Assembly: GCA_031262705.1 (NCBI GenBank)
Contig: JAISHD010000019.1
Location: 61-64,060, forward strand
From: Methanocalculaceae archaeon
GTDB taxonomy: Archaea; Halobacteriota; Methanomicrobia; Methanomicrobiales; Methanocorpusculaceae
Reading direction: 5' to 3'
DNA length: 64,000 bases
In this document: positions 1 through 9,727 of the stretch, one piece after another
How positions within the stretch are numbered: the stretch's first letter is position 1
Layout of the letters: each line of letters begins with the position of its first letter
Program-made: the position numbers and the translations under genes
Notes under the pieces: generated by a model
What the model was told of the DNA's origin: nothing
The model's input: only the letters and a program-made list of their open reading frames with translations
Databases searched by the model: none

Positions 1-468
1 AAAGGCCTTGAGATACGCGGTAAGATCGAGAACGTCATGATCAAGATGGGGCAGAAGAATCAGGAGAAGCAGCTTACTGAGGCAGGCCACGGCCTTGCAA
101 ACTATATGGAGGCGGCAAGCCGCTGTATCAAATGCTACGGCTGTATTGAGAACTGTCCAATCTGTTCCTGTGCGGAATGTTCAACCAAGAATCCGCAGCT
201 TGTCCGCCCGGGAATCATTCCTCCGGACTTCATGTTCCAGATGATCCGCTTCGCCCACATTGCTCACTCCTGTATCAACTGCGGTCAGTGCAGTGAACTC
301 TGTCCGATGGACATCCCCAACTCGCTGTACATGCACGTACAGCAGCTTGAGTATCAGAAGATGTTTGGCTACAAACCAGGGTATGATATGACACTGCCGT
401 CAATTGCATGTGGATGTGACACTTCAAAGTTTGCACATAACACAGTATATCAGAGAATGAAACAATAA
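1..468 (+). CDS. fdhB: F420-binding formate dehydrogenase beta subunit paralog (C-terminal part; 5' end outside window)
   Basis: CIKCYGCIENCPICSC and CINCGQCSELCP ferredoxin motifs; strongly similar to the C-terminus of the 1366-2622 protein (KGLEIRGKIEN at the window start). Confidence 0.85.
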   Translation, partial: KGLEIRGKIENVMIKMGQKNQEKQLTEAGHGLANYMEAASRCIKCYGCIENCPICSCAECSTKNPQLVRPGIIPPDFMFQMIRFAHIAHSCINCGQCSELCPMDIPNSLYMHVQQLEYQKMFGYKPGYDMTLPSIACGCDTSKFAHNTVYQRMKQ

Positions 469-550
469 TTTCTTCATTCTTTTTTTATCAGATTATATTC
501 GGAAAATACCGCCGTATGCAGTAAAAAAGGGCTGGCTTATCCATCCTGCG

Positions 551-1148
551 TTATCGTCTCCCTGCACACGGCGGTCGTCCCATATACCAGACCAGTTTCT
601 CTCCGAGCAGTACGACCGCCTCTTCGGGAGTGTCCACGCCGAAGATCCGATCATCAGAGATCTCAGGACATCGGTTCTTGTCATCAAGTTTTTTGTCAGC
701 AACAATCCCGCTCCAATCCGCAAATGTGTCAGATGTCCCTGCCGGATGCGGGACACGGTAGGCGAGGATAAGCCGCCGCATAATCCACGCATACGAAAGT
801 TCCGACAGAGTCCCCGACCCGCCGCCGACCGCAATCACCGCATCACTGTTCGCAACAATGAAGTTTCGTGCATGATCCAATCCGGTTGCAATCGGGATGT
901 CGATGAATGCGTTCGCCGTGTCCGGACTACACCCCGGCAAAATCCCGATGACGTCACCGTCACGGTAGCAGGGTGACCGGTGGTGCCCCGCGTGCGGCAG
1001 CCTCCATCACCCCGCCGAGACCTCCGCAGATTATCCGGTAACCTGCGGTGACGAGTGCTTCTCCCAGACCCTCAGCAAACAGCTCCTTGTCCGACTGCGG
1101 CGGAAGCGATCCGTCGCCGATTACCGCAACGATCGGCCTTTTGTTCAT
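551..1148 (-). pseudogene. LOG/SLOG-family (TIGR00725-like) Rossmann-fold protein, one frameshift near 983
   Basis: N-part MNKRPIVAVIG...CGGLGGVMEAAARGA continues in another frame as HRSPCYRDGDVIGILPG...TGLDHARN...GGGSGTLSE; a single extra C explains the shift. Confidence 0.75.
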
Positions 1149-1365
1149 AGAGGTTGATTGGACGGCGGCAAAGATGAAGTATCGCATACCGGGAATAACA
1201 ATGCAGTACCCGTCAGCCTTCGATCACAGAAGAAATACAGAAATTCCGGCGCCCCGCTCATCCCGAGAGGGAATGGGGGGGATTACCGGAAGAAAAATCC
1301 CCGGGAGAAAAAGAAAGAGAGAAGTTCCGAGGATCTCTCCTAGGTCGAAGCGGCATACTCCCTAC

Positions 1366-2622
1366 CTACTCTTTGAACACATTCTCAAAGATCATATCAG
1401 ACCCAGTTGCATTCAGCCGGGCGCGCTCCTCCATCTCCTCAGCAAACGCCAGCACCGGCATCGTCATATCATAGCCCGGCTTGTGGCCGAACATCTTTTC
1501 AAGCTCCACCTGCTGCGCATGCATGAACAATGCATTGGGAATATCCATCGGGCACAGCTCCTGACACTGACCACAGTTGATACAGGAGTCCGCGATATGG
1601 GCGAACCGGATTAAATGGAACATAAAGTCCGGCGGCACCTGTCCGGACCGCACCAGATGCGGTTTTGCCGTCGAACACTCCACACAGTAGCAGATCGGGC
1701 AGTTCTCAATACAAGCGCGGCAGGCAATACAGCGGGACGACAGTTTCATGATCTTTTCCAGCCGCTCACGTCCTTCACCCAGTTCTGCGAACTGGCTGGC
1801 ACGGTTCTTATCCCCAAGCTTCAGCATCGCATTCTCCACCTTCCCGCGGATCTCAAGACCCTTCGGTTCGGGAGCACAGGCTGCAACCACCCCTGCACTG
1901 ATCGCAGCATCAAGAAGTGCGGCACCTTTCTCCGAGCAGATCTCAACAAACGTTGCCTTTCCTGCCTTCTCACCGAAAACTCCCCAGTTTCCGCAGGCAA
2001 GATCCGCCTGGCGCGGTACCTTGCATTTGCAGCGCTGGCAGTTCTGACGCCGACCGTAACTCTCCGGCTCCTCCTCCAGTTTCTCAATTGAGATGCCTTT
2101 GTGCTGGTGTGCGCCGTTCTCATCGGTGTACTCAATGATGAACTGACCCTTGTCGATCTCCTCTTTAAAGACCACATCCGGATTTACCGCATACTTATCT
2201 GCAATCATCTCGCGGGCAATCATCGGGGAAACCGTTCCTCCGCAGTTCAGGCCGATTAAAATTATATTGTCAAGATTGATCTGCTGACGCTTCGCAAGTT
2301 CATAAAACGCCATTGCATCACAGCCTTTCACCGGAACTGCGATCTTCATATCCCCGGCTCCGCCGAGGTACTTCTTCACCATCTTTGCCGACAGTAGTGT
2401 TCCGCAGTGCAGAGAACCTGCCGACTTCGGCATCTGTGCAGGGTCTGTAATCAGTGCAAGTTTCGCATCATACAGATCCGCACCGCGACAGACCGCAAGA
2501 ACCGCGTCAACCATACCGCTTGCAAGCGCATGCTGTAAAAGAGCCGTGACTGCGCCGCCGCACTCACCTTTAATATCGCAGGACGTCGTCCATGCATAAA
2601 CCATATCACCTTTTGCTGTCAT
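1366..2622 (-). CDS. fdhB: F420-dependent formate dehydrogenase beta subunit (FrhB/FdhB family; possibly ElpB-like)
   Basis: GECGGAVT, GSLHCG, KGCD, GLNCGG, ADLACGNWG and two C-terminal 4Fe-4S motifs. Confidence 0.9.
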   Translation of the reverse strand: MTAKGDMVYAWTTSCDIKGECGGAVTALLQHALASGMVDAVLAVCRGADLYDAKLALITDPAQMPKSAGSLHCGTLLSAKMVKKYLGGAGDMKIAVPVKGCDAMAFYELAKRQQINLDNIILIGLNCGGTVSPMIAREMIADKYAVNPDVVFKEEIDKGQFIIEYTDENGAHQHKGISIEKLEEEPESYGRRQNCQRCKCKVPRQADLACGNWGVFGEKAGKATFVEICSEKGAALLDAAISAGVVAACAPEPKGLEIRGKVENAMLKLGDKNRASQFAELGEGRERLEKIMKLSSRCIACRACIENCPICYCVECSTAKPHLVRSGQVPPDFMFHLIRFAHIADSCINCGQCQELCPMDIPNALFMHAQQVELEKMFGHKPGYDMTMPVLAFAEEMEERARLNATGSDMIFENVFKE

Positions 2623-2624
2623 GT

Positions 2625-3783
2625 TCAGTCCTCCCTGATGAATACGCCGTCAGGTTTTTCGATCTCTTCATAGACAATGCCTGCATACGCCGGAACTGCT
2701 GCTGCAAGATCTGCGAAGACTTCTGCTTTGTCCTCCCATGCGTACTTACCGTCAGAAAGCAGGCTGATAATCTCGCATGGGCATTTGACGCCTTCCGGTG
2801 CCGCAGATGCGGCACGTACTTTCTGGACACGGCCTTCCCAGTTGGTAACCGTTCCTGAATATTCGTTTACGGCAGCCGACGGGAGTACAACCGTTGCAGC
2901 ATCGGAAAGATACGTTGCGTTGCTGCCGATCGCAACAACCATCTCAAGCTTCTCCAGATTCGGCATGAGGCCTGCATAAATATCCTCCTCGCGCTCCGGT
3001 GTCTCGGTGATGATGAACAGAGCCTTTGTCTTCTCTCCAAGAACGAACCGATCAAGACCAAGTGCCGCTGCACCGCGGCCGTTGTTTGTTTCGTAGAGAA
3101 CCGCAGTTTTTGCCGGAAGGGCTGCAGAGATTGCAGATGCTGCCGCATCACCTGCAAGATACATCACAACCGGATTTGCGGCACGGCAAGTTCCTTGGAG
3201 AACTCATCAGGAATCTCGGTGTACTCGTCTGCAATAACCGCTGTGTCGGCCTGGACCGCAGTGTAGGATTCAGGTCCGAGGTAAAGCAGTTTGCCTGTAC
3301 ACGATAGAGCTTGTTGCCCGTAACCGGCAGACTCTTCATCACATCGCCGATCATCAGAACAGTGTCTGCCTTTGCAAGATCAGCAATCGTTATTGTGGAC
3401 GCGCCGCATCCTCCGCCGACAACACCGATGTTTGCAGCACCCAACACATCGCGGGCGTAGCATGCCGCAAGAAACATTGCTTCATTCGTCAGGCGTGAGG
3501 AGATCGCAACCGCAATCTCGTCACCAGAATAGGCTGCAAGCTTCTTTGCCTCGGCAATCGCTTCGTCCCAAGTGACCGGTTCACCCTTGACGGATGGTTT
3601 TTCTATCCGCCACTCGGATAGTGTCTTCGCTGCATGCAGTCCGCGGGTACAGAGTTTGCCGGAACCAACAGGCGAGCGATGATACGGAGCCACCCCGGCA
3701 GCCTTTCCATCCACCACAATGATATTGAGTCCGCATCCCGTCCCGCAATAGGGACAGGTGGTAGGTACATATTCCATTTCCAT
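2625..3783 (-). pseudogene. Short FdhA-like molybdopterin-oxidoreductase-fold protein (ElpA-like), two frameshifts (~3290 and ~3183)
   Basis: N-terminal TTCPYCGTGCG...GKLC 4Fe-4S motif and C-terminal ATVVLPSAA..EYSGTVTNWEGRVQ; a middle segment KLLYLGPESYTAVQAD.. lies in a third frame; about 390 aa when rejoined. Confidence 0.7.
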
Positions 3784-3920
3784 GATTGTTCATACAAAGG
3801 TCGATGACCGCCGCATATAATCCTAAAGTTAACTTAACCTTGTTTTTCACTGTTTTTGCTGATTATTAGTGGCTTTGTCAATTGAATAATATTTACTCAG
3901 ACCATTTCATTATGACATAA

Positions 3921-3942
3921 TGTTGACTGCGTGTTGACTGCG
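3921..3942. repeat. 11-bp tandem direct repeat (TGTTGACTGCG x2) in a divergent intergenic region
   Basis: Directly visible exact duplication. Confidence 0.85.
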
Positions 3943-4105
3943 CGCGGAATAGGGACAATACATTACTATTTAACGATGCACAACCAATGTTATACTGCAG
4001 TTTCGTCTGCATGAGTTATCTACGCAGAAACCTTGGGTGTCCCCGGGTTTCATGCGTGCAGACTCATGGGCGCGGCAGTCATGCCCGCTCATGGAGTTAA
4101 AAAAA

Positions 4106-4291
4106 ATGGAAAGAAGAAATTCCTACGGCGGACCCCGCCAATACAACGACGCGCCCCGCGAAATGACCAAAGCAATCTGTTCAGACTGCGGTAAAGAGTG
4201 CGAAGTTCCGTTTAAACCAACCGAGGGCAGACCAGTTTATTGCCGTGACTGCCTCCCAAAGCACAGAGCACCGCGTTCTCCCCGGTACTAA
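4106..4291 (+). CDS. Small zinc-ribbon CxxC-x17-CxxC domain protein
   Basis: AICSDCGKECEVPFKPTEGRPVYCRDC; GGAG upstream of the ATG; T-rich tract downstream. Confidence 0.9.
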   Translation: MERRNSYGGPRQYNDAPREMTKAICSDCGKECEVPFKPTEGRPVYCRDCLPKHRAPRSPRY

Positions 4292-4366
4292 AGAAATATC
4301 GAAAGCGGAGATTTCCTCTCCGCTTTGATTCAGATTTTTTTGTTTTTTTACTTTATTTCATGGCAG

Positions 4367-5203
4367 TTACAGTCCGAGAATTCCTCTGACGAGGGAAAAC
4401 ACTCCGAGCATATCCAGGGCAATAACAACCATCAGCAGTACAAACAGCTTTCGGAGCATCTTATCCGGAAACCTGCTTGCATACTTCACCCCGATCAGCG
4501 CCATAGGCACCGCTGTTATCGCAAGAATCGTCCATTCTACCAGATCCACATAGCCTATCAGATAAAATCCGTACGAGGACAGATTCACTCCGGCCAGTAT
4601 GCCGTTTGTCAGGTACGATATGATGCCGCCGAGCGTAATGAACACAATCGCCGCAGCAGATGTCGCCACCGCATACCGCATCTGATACTTCCCAAAAATC
4701 GTCAGAAGCGGCACCACAATTGTCCCGCCTCCCACGCCCAGAAGACCGGAGAAAAATCCTGCCGTTCCGCCAATGCCAATGCCCGCAGACGTTGACAGCG
4801 ACTGTGAAGCGCCGGACGGCAGCGCAGTTATCATCCGTATCGCACCGATTACGAGCATCACGCCGAACAAAAAGGTCAGCACCGCAACAGGCATATACGT
4901 CGCAACAGTCCCGCCGATGTACCCGGTGACAATACCTGCAACCCCGATAACCGCCGCATCGCGCCAGACAACATTTCCTTTCCTGGTATGGCCGAACGCA
5001 CTTGTCAGTACCGTCGGCAGTGCAACCGCCAGACTCGTCCCGAACGCCACTAAAATCGCAGTATCAGGGGCAACACCCGACGTCTTCAGCACAAAATACA
5101 TCATCGGTGCAAAAATAAACCCACCCCCTACACCGAGAAGACCTGACATAAACCCGGCAAATAACCCGGTCGCAATCAGCAGACAAAATAAAATCGGCTC
5201 CAT
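4367..5203 (-). CDS. Sulfite exporter TauE/SafE family membrane protein
   Basis: Duplicated SGLLGVGGG motif, about 8 hydrophobic segments. Confidence 0.9.
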   Translation of the reverse strand: MEPILFCLLIATGLFAGFMSGLLGVGGGFIFAPMMYFVLKTSGVAPDTAILVAFGTSLAVALPTVLTSAFGHTRKGNVVWRDAAVIGVAGIVTGYIGGTVATYMPVAVLTFLFGVMLVIGAIRMITALPSGASQSLSTSAGIGIGGTAGFFSGLLGVGGGTIVVPLLTIFGKYQMRYAVATSAAAIVFITLGGIISYLTNGILAGVNLSSYGFYLIGYVDLVEWTILAITAVPMALIGVKYASRFPDKMLRKLFVLLMVVIALDMLGVFSLVRGILGL

Positions 5204-5214
5204 TTCATCTCATC

Positions 5215-6318
5215 TCACGGAATAATCTCGCATCCGTTGTAGCGCGTATGCGAAAACGCTGTCTGTGACAGGCGGTCTTCTGCAATCATACTTTTCAGGC
5301 GCGGCAGCTCCGCCACAAGGGCATCGTGCAGCGCGCGCACCGTATCACAGACAAGCGTATAATGCTCCCGCCAGGGGCGCACAATATTTGAGTACAGGCA
5401 TCGGCCGCCGCAGAATCCGTAAATCTCGCAGGAAAGACACGGCCCCCTAATCGGAATCTCCGGCAGGTGCAGCGGATCAGCATCTCGGATATGTCCCGCA
5501 TAGTAATCCGCCATCCCCACCATAATCGGGCAGGGTGCAATCCAGCCGTTCGTCATAATGCTGTAGTTTGAGTAGCCCGATCCGCACCGCAGACTACTCG
5601 ATGTTTCCGAGAGGAGATCCTCGGTGGTTGAGAGGAACGGATACCACTTTGGTACCCTGCCCGTTGTTTCAATCCGGTTTACCCACTCCGCCGCAAGCAG
5701 TCGGATTCCGTCGTTGTAGGACTCTTTCCACTCCCCGAACCTGCGGTGCGAGTAGTCGCCCGTAAAGTCCGCGTCCATCTGCCAGTGAATCGAAGTGAAA
5801 TGCTCTGCAAGATGCGTTACCGCCGCGTAAATATCAGTGTCCTCTGCAATTGTCATGCGGGCTATCAGTTCCCCCTGGTACCCGCGCCCACGGATCAGCG
5901 CCGCAGTTTTCAGTACCATATCATAGATACCGTCTCCACGATGGCCGTCGGTCAGTACCCGGTCACCGTCAATTGAGATCAGAATCGTTTCAAACCGATT
6001 CACATACGCGCTCGGCAGTTTGCCGAGCCGTGTGCCGTTCGTCTGAAGCATAAACCGCCGGACCGGTGCGTGATCCATAATCTCCATCACCAGATCAGAC
6101 CGCAGCAACGGTTCTCCTCCAATAAACGTCAGTACACAGTCCAAGTCTTTTGCAAGAAACCCGTACAGTTCCTCAAGCGGATATTCAATCGTCTCCGCAA
6201 TCGTCTCATCGATCTTCCCGGGCGTTCCGCCTGCCGGATCCTCCTCCTCAAACATCTTTGCCCGGCAGTAGGAACAGCAGAGGTTGCAATCGTCGGTCAC
6301 GATTAGATGAAAGAACAT
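5215..6318 (-). CDS. Radical SAM/SPASM domain protein (TIGR04084/AF0577-like)
   Basis: CNLCCSYC motif, GGEPL, C-terminal SPASM CLSCEIYGFCGGRC. Confidence 0.85.
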   Translation of the reverse strand: MFFHLIVTDDCNLCCSYCRAKMFEEEDPAGGTPGKIDETIAETIEYPLEELYGFLAKDLDCVLTFIGGEPLLRSDLVMEIMDHAPVRRFMLQTNGTRLGKLPSAYVNRFETILISIDGDRVLTDGHRGDGIYDMVLKTAALIRGRGYQGELIARMTIAEDTDIYAAVTHLAEHFTSIHWQMDADFTGDYSHRRFGEWKESYNDGIRLLAAEWVNRIETTGRVPKWYPFLSTTEDLLSETSSSLRCGSGYSNYSIMTNGWIAPCPIMVGMADYYAGHIRDADPLHLPEIPIRGPCLSCEIYGFCGGRCLYSNIVRPWREHYTLVCDTVRALHDALVAELPRLKSMIAEDRLSQTAFSHTRYNGCEIIP

Positions 6319-7496
6319 TATGCAACCCGCAGACCGTTCTCCTCAGCGATGTTGAGATAGGTGTCAGCGACGTATTCGGCCTGTTTTTTCGTCATGCCGT
6401 AGGTGTTGAACTTCCAGATCTTGGTTGCACCCGGAATGATACCGGTGATGCCCTTCTTACCAAGGGCGCTGGAAAGGAAGAAACCGCGCTTCTTGTGGGT
6501 CTGCGCAACCACATCAAACGATTCCGTCGTGTCCAGGCGGGTCAGCGTGTGTTTTCTCGGATACTCGGAAAGAATCTTTGTTCCCTCAATTGATTTCAGC
6601 GCATCCACGATGATTTTGCTGTTTGCCATCTCCTCGTCGAAGTGCTCAACCCGCGCTTTCACCTTCGGGAATGATGCAAGCATGCCGACGATCGGCGCGC
6701 CCATCAGGGAACAACCGATGATGCCGACCTCTTTGATGCCAAAGGTTCTGCCGGTCAGATCACCGGTCATCTTTGTTGTGCGGAACACTTCTTCTGCACG
6801 TTCCTCGGTTGCTGCCAGCACTCCCGAAGGCGCGGGTGCTGCCATACTTTTGTGGCCGGAACCCACCACAAAGTCAACGCCGAGTTTCTTCCCGTTCACC
6901 GGCATTACGCCGACCGTATAGACACCGTTATAGAGCACGGGGACATCGTACTGATGTGCGACCTTTGCGATGCCTGCAACATCGTGCATGTTGCCGAACT
7001 GATAGTCCACGTGATCGATGTAGAGCAGTTTCGGCGCTTTGCCGAACTCGCGGATCACATCTTCGATGCGGTCTGCTGTGGCCTCTGCGACGATGTGGTT
7101 GTCGGCGGTCTTGGGAATTTCACGGACCACTCCCTGCACAATTTCCACGGAGAGGTACGAGGTATAGTGCGCAAGCGCACCTATCAGCACCGGATCGCCT
7201 TTCTCCACATAGGTCCCTGCAATCTGCTGGAATGCACGGCGTGCGCCCGGTACGGTGCGCGCCTGATCCATTCCCAACCACTCGGCAAGCTCCACATGGA
7301 AGTCCTTTAAGGGCGGGTTCTGGATGTAGTCCAGCCGGAACGGTTTTCTGCAGTTGTCACAGACGGAGTAACCATCGCCCCAGGCGATCATCGCTTTCAT
7401 CGCTTCAGGCGTCAGCCGTCCGGCAACCTGAATCGGGTCCAGATTGATGGCGGTCTCTTCAACCATGCGGGCGTCGATATTTGCCGCGCACTTCAT
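6318..7496 (-). CDS. pscS: O-phosphoseryl-tRNA:Cys-tRNA synthase (SepCysS)
   Basis: PIQVAGRL, GDGYSVCDNC, PLP-lysine motif GSGHKSMAA, GCSLMG. Confidence 0.92.
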   Translation of the reverse strand: MKCAANIDARMVEETAINLDPIQVAGRLTPEAMKAMIAWGDGYSVCDNCRKPFRLDYIQNPPLKDFHVELAEWLGMDQARTVPGARRAFQQIAGTYVEKGDPVLIGALAHYTSYLSVEIVQGVVREIPKTADNHIVAEATADRIEDVIREFGKAPKLLYIDHVDYQFGNMHDVAGIAKVAHQYDVPVLYNGVYTVGVMPVNGKKLGVDFVVGSGHKSMAAPAPSGVLAATEERAEEVFRTTKMTGDLTGRTFGIKEVGIIGCSLMGAPIVGMLASFPKVKARVEHFDEEMANSKIIVDALKSIEGTKILSEYPRKHTLTRLDTTESFDVVAQTHKKRGFFLSSALGKKGITGIIPGATKIWKFNTYGMTKKQAEYVADTYLNIAEENGLRVA

Positions 7497-7672
7497 AACA
7501 GTTCCTCCTCAAGAATGGCGATCTGTTTTTTGACGGATGCGAGTGACTTTGCTGCGGCTGCTTTCTGGGATTCATCCAGTTCATGGGACGGCGCAGTCTC
7601 ACGGAGGAGTGCACGGACATCCGTTAACGAAAACAGGGCGGTAAAAAGAGCATCTGCGGCTCGCTGTGGCAT
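7493..7672 (-). CDS. SepCysSn-like small partner protein (59 aa; absent from the ORF track)
   Basis: MPQRAADALFTALFSLTDVRALLRETAPSHELDESQKAAAAKSLASVKKQIAILEEELL; its stop overlaps the pscS start (ATGA). Confidence 0.75.
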   Translation of the reverse strand: MPQRAADALFTALFSLTDVRALLRETAPSHELDESQKAAAAKSLASVKKQIAILEEELL

Positions 7673-7750
7673 GATGCATAAAACATCTACGCCTGCATAA
7701 AATAACGTATCGATTCTCTGAAAAATAGGCGGGGTATTTTTCCGGAATTT

Positions 7751-8110
7751 TTATTCCATTTCCGAAAAGACGAGTTCATACACCCAGTCTTCAAGCATTT
7801 TACAGTGCTCAACGTCGCACTCCTCATCACAGGCAACGCATGGAACGATAACTTCACCCGCCATCAGAAGCATCGGGTCGATGGTTTTCTCGGCTTTTAC
7901 AATCCGTACGAGATACGTACGGGTACCATCCTTTTTGCATTCTTCGCGCTCAATGTATCCGCCGTCTTCAAGTTTCTTGAGAATGCGCGAGCAGGTCCTG
8001 CTGTCAACACCCAGATCTTTCCAGAGTTCACTCTGGAATACATCGTTGGGTTTTGCCCGGATGTGTGCAAGTACGGTTGTCTCCGTTTCACTCAGTTGGA
8101 GGGCAGTCAT
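7751..8110 (-). CDS. Winged-helix plus Cys-cluster protein, archaeal RPC34/TFE-beta-like
   Basis: FQSELWKDLGVDSRTCSRILKKLE wHTH and C-terminal PCVACDEECDVEHCKMLEDW; directly downstream of the Sm gene. Confidence 0.65.
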   Translation of the reverse strand: MTALQLSETETTVLAHIRAKPNDVFQSELWKDLGVDSRTCSRILKKLEDGGYIEREECKKDGTRTYLVRIVKAEKTIDPMLLMAGEVIVPCVACDEECDVEHCKMLEDWVYELVFSEME

Positions 8111-8115
8111 GGAAA

Positions 8116-8367
8116 TTAGTTGATGGGAGAGATGCTCAGGATGTTGTTTCCACGGATAACCACAGTGCCGAGATTCCGGCGGGCGGTCTCACTCACCTCA
8201 ATTGCCTCTTCGAGATGGAGGTTGAGGTACTCATCCACTGCAACAAGACGTCCCTCGAATTTGCGTCCCTCATCTTTGATCTCGACAGAGATCTTGGAGT
8301 CTACGAGGGAGTTGACCTTTTTTATGGGAAGGACAATACTGGATACCATATCGTTATTGTTCGTCAC
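8116..8367 (-). CDS. Sm-like (LSm) RNA-binding protein
   Basis: Sm1 GRLVAVDEYLNLHL and Sm2 VVIRGNNI motifs. Confidence 0.92.
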   Translation of the reverse strand: MTNNNDMVSSIVLPIKKVNSLVDSKISVEIKDEGRKFEGRLVAVDEYLNLHLEEAIEVSETARRNLGTVVIRGNNILSISPIN

Positions 8368-8581
8368 CCAGCCTAATTAAGATGATTGTTTCACGGGCTT
8401 GTTCGTAAAGCCCAAACATACGCATAACGTACGAACAGATTCATTTTCGGGACGGATTTATGCCTCCTGAAAAACCAAAGTCAAAGATTCCCACATAATG
8501 GAAATTTGGAAATTATTTTTCACTCCGAAATTTTTTGCTCATACAAAGCCTGAATTATTCAGAAGGTGAACAAAGCCTGTA

Positions 8582-9088
8582 TCACAGGATAATGGCTTCA
8601 ACCGCAGGCAGGGCGCGCAGCTCTTCAATTGCGGCTGCGGGAATCACACCGTCAATAATGATCACCAGCCGCGGCAATTCGACGATGTAGGGGTCAGTTA
8701 CAAAGATCTGGCGAAGCGGCAGATCATATGCGGCAAGGACAGCGACGGCGGAGGCAACAATATTTTTGTCCCCGGCGTTTTTCGGAAGAATCGTAATCAC
8801 GGATAAGCCAAGATTCTTTGCAACATTGGTGAGGTCAGGCGTCACCCGCAGATGCGCAAAAGTCATTTTGATCTCTTCCATTCCAAGGATGCGTTTGACC
8901 GTTGTGTCCACAACACGCCGGTCAACCCCGACTACGCGGGCGATTGCGGTTGCCGAAACCTCAATGCCGTTTACCACAACGCGGCCTGCGTCGCTGATGC
9001 CAAATCCGTTCTCAAGAAGGAACCTGACAACCCGCTGCTGGGACGGCGAGTCGGAAAATGGTTCAAGAATACTGCGCCACATGTACAA
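8582..9088 (-). CDS. ACT-domain regulator of amino acid metabolism (COG2150-like)
   Basis: IARVVGVDRRVV HTH, AKNLGLSVITI, LRQIFVTDP. Confidence 0.8.
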   Translation of the reverse strand: MYMWRSILEPFSDSPSQQRVVRFLLENGFGISDAGRVVVNGIEVSATAIARVVGVDRRVVDTTVKRILGMEEIKMTFAHLRVTPDLTNVAKNLGLSVITILPKNAGDKNIVASAVAVLAAYDLPLRQIFVTDPYIVELPRLVIIIDGVIPAAAIEELRALPAVEAIIL

Positions 9089-9229
9089 AAATGTGTATCA
9101 ACGAATGTATTTATACTGTCCCTTGTGTGCCGGAATTCAGGTGTTCCTTCACATCAGTAGATTTATTAGTCAGCGTGACCCACATGTATAAGTTGTACTG
9201 ACAACCCGGAACGGGTTTTTGGACCATAT

Positions 9230-9314
9230 GCGAGGGTAGCCAAGCCAGGTCAACGGCGCTAGCTTGAGGGGCTAGTCTAGTAGTAGTTCTTGGGTTCGAA
9301 TCCCATCCCTCGCA
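9230..9314 (+). tRNA. tRNA-Leu(GAG)
   Basis: GCGAGGG acceptor stem, anticodon loop TTGAGGG, long variable arm, GGTTCGAATCC T-arm. Confidence 0.95.
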
Positions 9315-9401
9315 CTGTTTTTCTCAAATTATGCTGATAGCTTCTGATTTTTCAGTTTGATCGATATTTATAAATATCGTAAGAGAGGAGGATCAAGTAT
9401 T

Positions 9402-9656
9402 ATGTTCCAAAAGTACGAGACAAATCCGTCCGGGTTGATCTTTGGGGGTGCTTTTGCGTTAATCCTTTCAATCTTCGGCCTACGGGCATTCAACCAGTAT
9501 CTCTTCACGGCATCCGAAATCGTTACAAATGAGTTTGCTGTCGTGGTTGTCGGAGACATCATCGGTGTCCTCGTCGGTGTGGTAGGGCTTGCCATGCTTG
9601 CGTTTGGGATCCACTACACGCTCCGGGCACGGAAAGAGAAAAATCCGCGGACCTGA
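9402..9656 (+). CDS. Small two-TM membrane protein of unknown function
   Basis: GGAGG RBS, two hydrophobic segments, basic C-terminal tail. Confidence 0.65.
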   Translation: MFQKYETNPSGLIFGGAFALILSIFGLRAFNQYLFTASEIVTNEFAVVVVGDIIGVLVGVVGLAMLAFGIHYTLRARKEKNPRT

Positions 9657-9727
9657 TTATCCCAGAAATACGGGGAAAAAATATTTATTTTTCGTTCAGT
9701 GTAGAATAAAATCCTGATTTACGCACA

